From: Clostridia bacterium
GTDB lineage: Bacteria > Bacillota > Clostridia > Christensenellales > Aristaeellaceae
DNA: 64,000 bases
NCBI GenBank assembly: GCA_017512905.1
Contig: JAFWEL010000076.1
Span: forward strand, 2,897 to 66,896
Reading direction: 5' to 3'
Shown here one piece after another: positions 8,257 to 16,090 of this stretch; the stretch's first letter is position 1, and every line of letters starts with the position of its first letter. The notes below the pieces were generated by a model. It was given only the letters and a program-made list of their open reading frames with translations, was not told the origin of the DNA and did no database searches. A program made the position numbers and the translations under genes.

Positions 8257-10587
8257 GTGCAAAAAATACATTCGGTCAGTGTGCGAACGCTGGCGGAATT
8301 TGCCTTTGAGAGGGGCGACCTGATTCCGGCCCGCCGCGCCGCGGCCCGCATGCGTGAGGGCGTGCGCGGCCACCAGGCGCTGCAGCAGCTGTTGCCGCCC
8401 AGCTGGAGCAGCGAGGTCGCCGTGTCCAGGGATATTCCCATCGAGGGCCATATCCTGCGGGTGCACGGCAGGGCCGACGGCGTCTACCTGGACCGCGATG
8501 TGGTGCGCGTGCTGGAGATCAAGACCACCGCGAAGGACCCGTCCGCCATACTGAAATACGATTATCCGGCCCACTGGGCGCAGGGGGAGATCTACGCGGC
8601 GCTGCTGTGCCTGAACGATGGGGTGGGTCAGGCGGAGGTCCGCCTGACCTATGCCCGCCTGGACGGAAAAAAGCGGGAATACAGCGAGGATTACAACGCC
8701 TGGGAGCTGGAGGAGCGGCTGATGGCCTACGCCGTGCCCTACCTGCGCTGGATCGCCGCGGTGGACGACTGGAAGGACCGCTCCCGCCCCACGCTGGACA
8801 GCCTGTCCTTTCCCTTTGATGCCTATCGGGAGGGCCAGCGGGACATGGCCGCGGCGGTGTACACCGCCATGCGGGACCACGCCAACGCGCTGATCGAAGC
8901 GCCCACGGGCATCGGCAAGACGGCGGCGGCGCTGTTCGGGGCGCTGAAGGCCCTGGGAAAGGGCCATGTGACGGCCATCTTCTATCTTACCGCCCGCACC
9001 ACCGGTCGCAGGGCCGCCGAGGACGCCCTGCAGCTGATGCGCGGCGGCGGCCTGGCCCTGCGCAGCGTGACCATCACCGCCAAGGAGAAGATCTGCCCGA
9101 TGGAGAAGGCGGATTGCATGGGCTGCCAGCTGGCGTCGGGCTATTATGACCGCCGGCGGGATGCGCTGCGGGAGGCCCTCTCATTGCAGCGACTGGACGC
9201 CGAAGCCGTCGCGGACCTGGCCCGGGAGCACGAGCTCTGCCCCTTCGAGCTGTCCCTGGACATCTCCGAGACCGCCGACGTGGTGATCTGTGACTACAAC
9301 TACGTGTTCGACCCGAAGGTCCGCCTGAAGCGCTATTTCGACGGCAAATCCCGGGCGGGGCTGCTGGTGGACGAGGCCCACAACCTGGCCGACCGGGCCA
9401 GGGATATGCTATCGGCGGAGCTGTCCGGCACAAGGGGCGCTTCCGTGCGCGACCTGGTGGCGCGGTTTGAAGGCGCGGACAGTCCGATGGCGCGCCTGTT
9501 GGACGAGCTGCTCGCGGCGCTGGAGGACGCCGACGCCGAGCAGGAGTACAGCTCGGACCTGCCGGAGTCGATCGTGGAGGCCGCGAAGCGCTTTGCCGGG
9601 ATCGCCATGGAGCTGGAGCCGGTGGAGCCGGAGCTGGTGGACTTCGTCTATGAGGTGCAGTGGTTCGTGCGGGTGTCGAAGCAGTTCGACGAGGACACTT
9701 ACCGGGCGCTGATTTTGCCGGGGGAGCGGTATCTGACCGTGCGGCTGTGGTGCTTTGACCCGTCGAACCACCTGCGCAGGGCGCTCTCCCGGGTGGGCGG
9801 CAGCGCGCTGTTTTCAGCGACCCTCGCGCCGATGGAATACTACGCCTCGATGCTGGGGGCGGACGGCGATGGGGACACGTCCCTGAGACTGGAGTCTCCC
9901 TTCCCGCCGGGAAACCTTTACGTGGCCCGGATGCCTGTCGCCGTGGGCATGAAGGACCGGGAGCGCACGCTGAACGCTGTCTGCCAGGTGATCCACGCAA
10001 TGGCGGAGGCGAAGCCGGGAAACTACCTGGCCTGCTTTCCTTCATATGCCTACATGACCCAGGCGTTCCGGCGCTACCGGATGCTCTGGCCCTATGACGC
10101 GGTCATTTGCCAGGAATCGAGAATGGGGGAGAAGGCGCGACTCGAGTTCATCGAGCGCTTCCAGCCGGCGCCACAGCACAGCCTTGTCGCCTTCGTGGTG
10201 CTGGGCGGGGTGTTCGCCGAGGGTGTCGATCTGCCCGACGACCGCCTGTCCGGCGCGGCCATCGTCTCCACGGGGATTCCCCAGATCAGCTTCGAACGGG
10301 AGCTGCTGCAGGAGCAGCTGGACGACGGCGACGGCGGCGGCCACGACGCGGCCTACGTCTATCCCGGCCTGCGGCGGGTGCTCCAGGCCGCGGGGCGCGT
10401 GATCCGCACCGAGACGGACCGGGGCGTCGTGCTGCTGATGGACATGCGCTACCGCCAGGAGAAATACCGCCAGCTGATGCCGCCCCACTGGGACGTGCGG
10501 GATGTGAAGAAGCTGAGCGAGCTGAAAAGGGATTTGGAAGCGTTCTGGAGAAATGGAACATATGAAAACCTGAGTGGAGAAACTTGA
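8257..10587 (+). CDS. ATP-dependent DNA helicase of the XPD/DinG (Rad3) type with an N-terminal PD-(D/E)XK (RecB/Cas4-like) nuclease domain
   Basis: The N-terminus has GRADGV...LEIKT...QGEIY, a D/ExK/QxxxY nuclease signature. It is followed by Walker A APTGIGKT, an FeS-type Cys cluster (CPMEKADCMGC...CPFE) and DEAH-like VDEAHN. The start is placed at the GTG at 8257, after AGGGAG; alternatives are at 8224 and 8233. Confidence 0.75.
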   Translation: MQKIHSVSVRTLAEFAFERGDLIPARRAAARMREGVRGHQALQQLLPPSWSSEVAVSRDIPIEGHILRVHGRADGVYLDRDVVRVLEIKTTAKDPSAILKYDYPAHWAQGEIYAALLCLNDGVGQAEVRLTYARLDGKKREYSEDYNAWELEERLMAYAVPYLRWIAAVDDWKDRSRPTLDSLSFPFDAYREGQRDMAAAVYTAMRDHANALIEAPTGIGKTAAALFGALKALGKGHVTAIFYLTARTTGRRAAEDALQLMRGGGLALRSVTITAKEKICPMEKADCMGCQLASGYYDRRRDALREALSLQRLDAEAVADLAREHELCPFELSLDISETADVVICDYNYVFDPKVRLKRYFDGKSRAGLLVDEAHNLADRARDMLSAELSGTRGASVRDLVARFEGADSPMARLLDELLAALEDADAEQEYSSDLPESIVEAAKRFAGIAMELEPVEPELVDFVYEVQWFVRVSKQFDEDTYRALILPGERYLTVRLWCFDPSNHLRRALSRVGGSALFSATLAPMEYYASMLGADGDGDTSLRLESPFPPGNLYVARMPVAVGMKDRERTLNAVCQVIHAMAEAKPGNYLACFPSYAYMTQAFRRYRMLWPYDAVICQESRMGEKARLEFIERFQPAPQHSLVAFVVLGGVFAEGVDLPDDRLSGAAIVSTGIPQISFERELLQEQLDDGDGGGHDAAYVYPGLRRVLQAAGRVIRTETDRGVVLLMDMRYRQEKYRQLMPPHWDVRDVKKLSELKRDLEAFWRNGTYENLSGET

Positions 10588-10662
10588 AGGAAAGTTTTGA
10601 GTTGGCGGGGTAACACAAGTGATCGAATTGAACAGGTCCTGTGCTTCGCAAGCCCGCGGCAT

Positions 10663-10726
10663 GACTCCGACCAGGATGACAGGCGAGGCGCTGCGCTGTC
10701 ATCCTGAGCGGAGTGTTAGCGGAGTC
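10663..10726. repeat. compound palindrome (family B) between convergent genes, copy 1
   Basis: caggatgacag-N13-ctgtcatcctg forms an 11-bp perfect stem, nested in the outer arms gactccg/cggagtc. The core ACTCCG..CAGGATGACA / TGTCATCCTGAGCGG recurs at 40933-40978. Confidence 0.55.
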
Positions 10727-10803
10727 GGGGGATTGTTACGCATAGTTATTTTATGACATTTGGATGTACGGACACCCGCCAGCTCAGAATTGTTCTGAAC
10801 GTC

Positions 10804-11796
10804 TCACAGCGCCTTGACCAGATCAATTCTGTCCTTCAACACCCGGCCGTCCTCAATGATCGGTACGTCGTAATGCTCTGTGAAGTATTCCTTGATCGCG
10901 TGGTCCTTCACAAATCCAAAATGCTCGTAAAACGGCACGTTGCCTTCGCTTGTGCCGACATACAGCCTGTCGCAGCGGGCGGAGAGCACCTTGAACAGGT
11001 GGCGGAGCATCCGCCCGCCGTAGCCCCTGCCCCGCATATCGGGGGCGACGGCCAGGTTCATGAGCTCCCATGCGCCGTCATCGCGCCTGAGCACGACGGC
11101 GACGGCGGCGGTGCGGCCGTTGACCATCAGCGCATACAGCTCGCCCCTGTCCAGGTACTTATCGATCATCTCCCGGCTGGGGTCGGCCTCCAGCAACAGG
11201 GGCAGGTATGTCTCCTTGCCCGATGAGATCCGGCGGATTTCCATCGGCGCCAGTTCACCCCTGGACCAGTGCTTCCGGCACAGGGCGACATAGCTCTCAT
11301 TACCGCCCAGCACGATTTGCTCGCCGGACTTCACCACCGCGCCGTTGGCGACCCGGGCGTTCATGATGGCCTTCCGGCCGCACCAGCAGACGGTCTTGAT
11401 CTCCTCGATGGAATCGGCCCAGGCCATCAGCCAATGGCTGCCCTCGAACAGGTTGCCCTGGAAATCGGCCCGCAGGCCGTAGCAGATGACGGGGATGCCC
11501 TGGTTATCCACGATGTCCACCAAGCGCTGCACCTGGGCCTTGGTGAGAAACTGGGCCTCATCCACGATCACGCAGTCGCAGGCGGTCAGGTCGATGTCGT
11601 CCAGCTCCTCCACGTAGCGGCAGGGCGCGTTCAGGCCCGAGCGCGAGCCCACCGTGCGGTCCCCGTCCCGGTTGTCCAGCCGGGGCTTGAGCATCAGGGC
11701 GTTCTGGCCCCGCTCCTGGTAGTTGTATTGCACCATGATGGCGTTGGCGGTCTTGGAGGACCCCATCGCGCCATATCGGAAGTACAGCTTTGCCAT
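10804..11796 (-). CDS. tdk: thymidine kinase fused to a C-terminal GNAT N-acetyltransferase domain
   Basis: Residues 1 to about 190 match E. coli-type Tdk (MAKLYFRYGAMGSSKT P-loop, VDEAQFL, CWCGRKA zinc site). Residues from about 195 to 330 carry the GNAT acetyl-CoA motif MRGRGYGGRML. It is one uninterrupted ORF. Confidence 0.85.
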   Translation of the reverse strand: MAKLYFRYGAMGSSKTANAIMVQYNYQERGQNALMLKPRLDNRDGDRTVGSRSGLNAPCRYVEELDDIDLTACDCVIVDEAQFLTKAQVQRLVDIVDNQGIPVICYGLRADFQGNLFEGSHWLMAWADSIEEIKTVCWCGRKAIMNARVANGAVVKSGEQIVLGGNESYVALCRKHWSRGELAPMEIRRISSGKETYLPLLLEADPSREMIDKYLDRGELYALMVNGRTAAVAVVLRRDDGAWELMNLAVAPDMRGRGYGGRMLRHLFKVLSARCDRLYVGTSEGNVPFYEHFGFVKDHAIKEYFTEHYDVPIIEDGRVLKDRIDLVKAL

Positions 11797-11897
11797 ATTG
11801 TCGATATCCCTTCCTGTTTGTCGGTGAACCGACCCCTATCATACCATGATTCGTGGAAGTCCCGCAAGGGCGGCGCGCCTGTTTTACCTGATCTTCA

Positions 11898-11926
11898 TTG
11901 ACTCGAGCGGAAGCAGGTGCTATAAT
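11898..11926 (+). promoter_or_regulatory. SigA-type promoter TTGACT-17-TATAAT (extended TG)
   Basis: Exact hexamers and spacing, about 30 nt upstream of the riboswitch. Confidence 0.65.
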
Positions 11927-11957
11927 ACAGGCAATTGAATAGAAGCCGTTTGATGCT

Positions 11958-12130
11958 TGCAGGAGAGCGGACGTGGTCCCGCCGAAGGAGAGACACTCTC
12001 AGGCGTTCCCCCCGGGGAATGAGGACTGTGAGCGGACGGCACTCTGGAGACACCCGCATGGCGGGGGCCGAAGGTGAAAGCCCGGGCGCGGTCGCGCCGG
12101 GTGAATCTCTCAGGCAAAAGGACAGAGCGT
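11958..12130 (+). promoter_or_regulatory. glycine riboswitch (two aptamer-like units in tandem)
   Basis: Unit 2 reads CTCTGGAGAC..GCCGAAGGTGAAA..CTCTCAGGCAAAAGGACAGAG. This matches the canonical glycine aptamer core (CUCUGGAGAG..CCGAAGGAGCAA..CUCAGGCAAAAGGACAGAG). Unit 1 (GGAGAG..CCGAAGGAGAGA..CTCTCAGGC..GAGGAC) is a more divergent copy. Confidence 0.85.
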
Positions 12131-12165
12131 TGTTTTTCCCGTGCCCGGCATGGGAAAGCCTGCGC

Positions 12166-12193
12166 GGCCGGTTGTCTGAACCGGTCGATTTTT
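12166..12193 (+). terminator. intrinsic terminator of the riboswitch expression platform
   Basis: ggccggtt-gtctg-aaccggtc forms an 8-bp stem followed by gattttta, ending 20 nt before the glyA RBS. Confidence 0.6.
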
Positions 12194-12212
12194 ATGACAT
12201 GGAGGCAGTGTT

Positions 12213-13460
12213 ATGGTACAGGAGAGCATGGAATTCATTCGCAAGTACGACCCGGAGATCGGCGGGATCATGTTGAAGGAGCTGGAGCGCCAGCGCCGCA
12301 ACCTGGAGCTGATCGCGTCGGAGAACATCGTGACCGAGCCGGTCATGGCCGCGATGGGCTCTGTGTTGACGAACAAGTATGCCGAGGGCTATCCGGGACA
12401 TCGCTATTACGGCGGCTGCGAATACGTGGACGAGGTGGAGAACGTGTGCATCGAGCGCGCCAAGCAGCTGTTCGGCGTGGAATATGCCAACGTGCAGCCC
12501 CACAGTGGCTCTCAGGCCAACTCGGCGGTCTATCTCGCACTGTGCCAGCCCGGCGATACCGTCATGGGCATGGACCTGAGCTGCGGCGGCCACCTGACCC
12601 ACGGCGCGAAGGTCAGCTTTTCCGGCAAGATCTACAACAGCGTTTCCTACGGCTGCGACCCGGAAACCGGCCTCATCGACTACGACCAGGTGCGCGAGCT
12701 GGCCCTGAAGCACCGCCCGAGGATGATCATCGCCGGCGCTTCCGCCTATCCCCGCATCATCGACTTTGAAAAGTTCGGCCAGATCGCCAAGGAGGTCGGC
12801 GCCTACTTCATGGTGGACATCGCCCACATCGCGGGCCTCGTCGCGGCGGGCGAGCATCCGAGCCCGATTCCCTATGCCGACGTGGTGACCACCACCAACC
12901 ACAAGACCCTTCGCGGACCCCGTGGCGGCATGATCCTGACCAATGACGCGGACATCGCCAGGAAGATCAACAGCGCCATCTTCCCCGGCACCCAGGGCGG
13001 CCCGCTGATGCACGTGATCGCCGCAAAGGCCGTGGTGCTGGGCGAGGCGCTGAAGCCGGAGTTCAAGGATTATCAGCGCCAGATCATCGTCAACGCGAAG
13101 GCCATGGCCCAGACGCTGCTGAACCACGGCGTGAAGCTGGTCACCGGCGGCACCGACAACCACCTGATGCTGATCGACCTGAAAGAGGCCGACATCAGCG
13201 GCCGGGAGCTGGAGGAGCGCTTGGATACGGTTCACATCACCGTGAATAAGAACAAGATCCCCGGCGATCCCCGCAGCGCCAGCGAGACCTCCGGCATCCG
13301 CGTGGGCACCCCCGCGATCACGGCCCGGGGCTTCATGGAGGCCGATGCCGTGGAGGTGGGCGAGCTGCTGGCCCTGGCCGCCAGCGACTTCGAGGCGAAG
13401 AAGGCCGAGATCCTGGAGCGGGTCGATGGCCTTTGCAAGCGCTTCCCGCTGTACGAGTAA
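12213..13460 (+). CDS. glyA: serine hydroxymethyltransferase
   Basis: 415 aa. [24 protein letters not shown] and [14 protein letters not shown] motifs. GGAGG RBS. Confidence 0.95.
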   Translation: MVQESMEFIRKYDPEIGGIMLKELERQRRNLELIASENIVTEPVMAAMGSVLTNKYAEGYPGHRYYGGCEYVDEVENVCIERAKQLFGVEYANVQPHSGSQANSAVYLALCQPGDTVMGMDLSCGGHLTHGAKVSFSGKIYNSVSYGCDPETGLIDYDQVRELALKHRPRMIIAGASAYPRIIDFEKFGQIAKEVGAYFMVDIAHIAGLVAAGEHPSPIPYADVVTTTNHKTLRGPRGGMILTNDADIARKINSAIFPGTQGGPLMHVIAAKAVVLGEALKPEFKDYQRQIIVNAKAMAQTLLNHGVKLVTGGTDNHLMLIDLKEADISGRELEERLDTVHITVNKNKIPGDPRSASETSGIRVGTPAITARGFMEADAVEVGELLALAASDFEAKKAEILERVDGLCKRFPLYE

Positions 13461-13472
13461 ATATACCGACAT

Positions 13473-13517
13473 ATCAACAAACGCGTGAATGGCAGCGCCA
13501 TTCACGCGTTTGTTGAT
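13473..13517. terminator. perfect 21-bp stem hairpin between convergent glyA and the pseudouridine synthase gene
   Basis: atcaacaaacgcgtgaatggc-agc-gccattcacgcgtttgttgat. Confidence 0.6.
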
Positions 13518-13524
13518 TCGTGGG

Positions 13525-14235
13525 CTATGAGAGCCGCTCCATCAATCCGTTCAGTTCATCCTCTGTCACCGCCCGCCACTGGCCCGGCTGGAGCCTGCCC
13601 AGGCGCAGGTTCATGATGCGGACGCGGCGCAGGTGGGTGACGTTGAATCCCAGGGCCTCGCACATGCGGCGAATCTGCCGGTTCAGCCCCTGGACCAGCA
13701 CGATGTTGAAGCTGCGTTCTCCGGTGCGGCGCACCCTGCAGGGCAGCGTGACCGTGTCCAGGATTGGCACTCCCTCGGACATCCGGCGCACAAAGTCCGG
13801 CGTCACGGGCCGGTCGACCTGAACCTCGTATTCCTTTTCATGGCCGCCGGCCGCGCGCAGCATACGGTTGACGATTTCGCCGTCGCTGGTCAGCAGCAGC
13901 AGACCCTCGCTGTCCTTGTCCAGCCGTCCCACCGGGAAGACGCGCAGGGGATAACCCAGGTAATCCACCACGTTCATCGGCTCCCTGGGGTCAGCGGTAC
14001 AGACGATGCCCCGGGGTTTGTTCAGCAGCAGGTAGACCTTTTCGCCCTCGCCGGTCAGGGGCTTGCCGTCCACCGTCACTGCCATGCCCGGCTGCACCCG
14101 GTCGCCCAGCGCGCCCACACGGCCGTCCAGGCGCACGCGCCCCTCGGAGATCAGCCGATCCGCCTCCCGACGGGAGCAGTAGCCGCTGTCGGCAATGTAT
14201 TTGTTCAGTCGCTTTCCCGATACCTGGTTTTCCAT
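13525..14235 (-). CDS. RsuA/RluB/RluF family rRNA pseudouridine synthase (RluF-like)
   Basis: N-terminal S4 domain (RLNKYIADSGYCSRREADRLI) and catalytic GRLDKDSEGLLLLT motif. Confidence 0.85.
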   Translation of the reverse strand: MENQVSGKRLNKYIADSGYCSRREADRLISEGRVRLDGRVGALGDRVQPGMAVTVDGKPLTGEGEKVYLLLNKPRGIVCTADPREPMNVVDYLGYPLRVFPVGRLDKDSEGLLLLTSDGEIVNRMLRAAGGHEKEYEVQVDRPVTPDFVRRMSEGVPILDTVTLPCRVRRTGERSFNIVLVQGLNRQIRRMCEALGFNVTHLRRVRIMNLRLGRLQPGQWRAVTEDELNGLMERLS

Positions 14236-14382
14236 CGCGTTTTCTCCCTGGTTGATTCTGATTCCATCATAGCATATGTTTGTTGCGCCTGTATTGCCTG
14301 CCGTCGCCGGGCTTCCGTTGTTTCGTCATGCCGCGCCATCCTTCGCCATAAAATGACCCAGATCGAATGAAGGAGTGGTGAG

Positions 14383-16089
14383 ATGAACTTTTTTGGCGTT
14401 TATCATTCGGATTATTCGCGATCCAACAGCGGGATATTTGACGCGCCCTGTATCACCGTAGGCCGGATGATGCTCTGTGCCCGGGGAGCGTATTCCCGGG
14501 GAAGCCTGCTGGCCCTGTCCTGGGGACGCCTGCGCAACCGAAGGGCGCTGGCGGGCGGTGAGCGGGATTCGGACGCGGAGCGGGCGCTCCTGGCCTACGA
14601 GCGCTGGGGCGAGGACTATCCCCGGCACCTGGAGGGGCCGGTGGTCAGCTGCGTCATGGACGCCGGAAACGATATCCTCGTGCTGAGCCGGGACCGGATG
14701 GGGGAAAAGCCCGTGTTCTACGCCCGACAGGGCGACAGCCTGGCCTTTTCCGATCATCCCGACGTTCTGCTGAAGGCCGCGAAGGTGGAGCCGTCGATGG
14801 ACGCCGACGGCCTGCGTGAGCTCTTCGGGCTCGGCCCTGCCCGCACGCCCGGGCGGACGCCGTACAAAAACATGCAGGCCCTGGAGCCGGGCACCGCGCT
14901 GGTCGTCCGGGGCGGCCGCGTGGAGGTCAGAAAATACTGGCGCATCGAGGACGTTCCCCACCACGAGGAAGCGGCGGCCACCATACGCTATACCAGGGAG
15001 CTGCTGGAGCAGTGCGCCGCCGACGTCGCGCCGCTGAACCCCGCGGTGATGCTCTCCGGCGGGCTGGATTCCACGGCCCTCACCGCGCTGTTGAAGGATC
15101 GCGTTGGGACCCTGCGCAGCTTTTCCGTGGATTACCAGGACAATGCCCGGGATTTCCGCGCCAACGCCTTCAGGCCGGAGATGGACGCCCCCTATGTGCT
15201 GGCGGCGGCGCGCGCCTGCGGCACCCAGCACCGCACGGTGACGCTGGCCCAGCAGGAGCTGGCGGCGGGGCTGGACCGGGCGGTGTCCCTGAGGGGCTTC
15301 CCGGGCATGGCGGACATCGACACGTCGCTGATGCTGTTCGCCGAGCAGATCGCCCGGTTTGACGGCAGTGTGGTCTCCGGCGAATGCGGCGACGAGGTCT
15401 TCGGCGGCTACCCCTGGTTCAAGGGCAACGGGCCGCTGGAGGACTTCCCCTGGTCCGGCTCCCTGGCGCTGCGGGAGAGCCTGCTGCTGCCGGAGCTTTG
15501 CGAGGCGCTGAGACTGAGGGAATACGTGGCGGATGTGTTTTCCACCCGCAAGGCCATGGCCGACCCCGGCGGGGAATACGACCCGGAGGCGCGCAGGCTT
15601 CGGACGCTGCAGAGGCTGTGCTTTGAGTTCTTCATGCCCAACCTTCAGGAGCGCGCCCAGCGGATGTGCGACGGAGCGGGCCTGGCGGTACTGACGCCGC
15701 TGTGCGACGAGCGCCTGGTGCAATATGTGTACAACGTGCCCTGGGAGATGAAGTTCATGGGCGGGCAGGAGAAGGGCCTGTTCCGCGAGGCGGTGGCCGA
15801 CCTGCTGCCGGATAAGCTGCTGCGGCGCACGAAGAGCCCCTATCCCAAGACATGCAGCCCGGAATACAGTGGCATCGTGCGGCGCATGGCGCTGAAGCTG
15901 GCCGGCGACGGGGACGCTCCGATATTCAGCCTGATTGACCGAAGTAAGCTGAAGAAGCTGGCTCAAAGCGCGCTCGATCCCGTGGACACGCCCTGGTTTG
16001 GCCAGCTGATGGCGGGCCCCCAGCTGCTGGGCTACCTGTGGCAGGTAAACAGCTGGCTGCGGGAGAGGAATGTGAACATAGTGCTATAG
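14383..16089 (+). CDS. asparagine synthase family protein lacking the N-terminal Cys nucleophile
   Basis: Synthetase domain with the PP-loop SGGLDSTALTALL. The N-terminus begins MNFFGV rather than MCG. Strong GAAGGAG RBS. Confidence 0.8.
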   Translation: MNFFGVYHSDYSRSNSGIFDAPCITVGRMMLCARGAYSRGSLLALSWGRLRNRRALAGGERDSDAERALLAYERWGEDYPRHLEGPVVSCVMDAGNDILVLSRDRMGEKPVFYARQGDSLAFSDHPDVLLKAAKVEPSMDADGLRELFGLGPARTPGRTPYKNMQALEPGTALVVRGGRVEVRKYWRIEDVPHHEEAAATIRYTRELLEQCAADVAPLNPAVMLSGGLDSTALTALLKDRVGTLRSFSVDYQDNARDFRANAFRPEMDAPYVLAAARACGTQHRTVTLAQQELAAGLDRAVSLRGFPGMADIDTSLMLFAEQIARFDGSVVSGECGDEVFGGYPWFKGNGPLEDFPWSGSLALRESLLLPELCEALRLREYVADVFSTRKAMADPGGEYDPEARRLRTLQRLCFEFFMPNLQERAQRMCDGAGLAVLTPLCDERLVQYVYNVPWEMKFMGGQEKGLFREAVADLLPDKLLRRTKSPYPKTCSPEYSGIVRRMALKLAGDGDAPIFSLIDRSKLKKLAQSALDPVDTPWFGQLMAGPQLLGYLWQVNSWLRERNVNIVL

Positions 16090-16090
16090 A

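Noticed and set aside
11958-12130. ZTP (pfl) or THF riboswitch upstream of glyA, expected from one-carbon metabolism context
   Set aside because: The sequence instead matches the glycine aptamer core almost verbatim (CTCTGGAGA..CCGAAGG..CTCAGGCAAAAGGACAGAG). No ZTP pseudoknot (CCGCCTGGGC-type) motif is seen.
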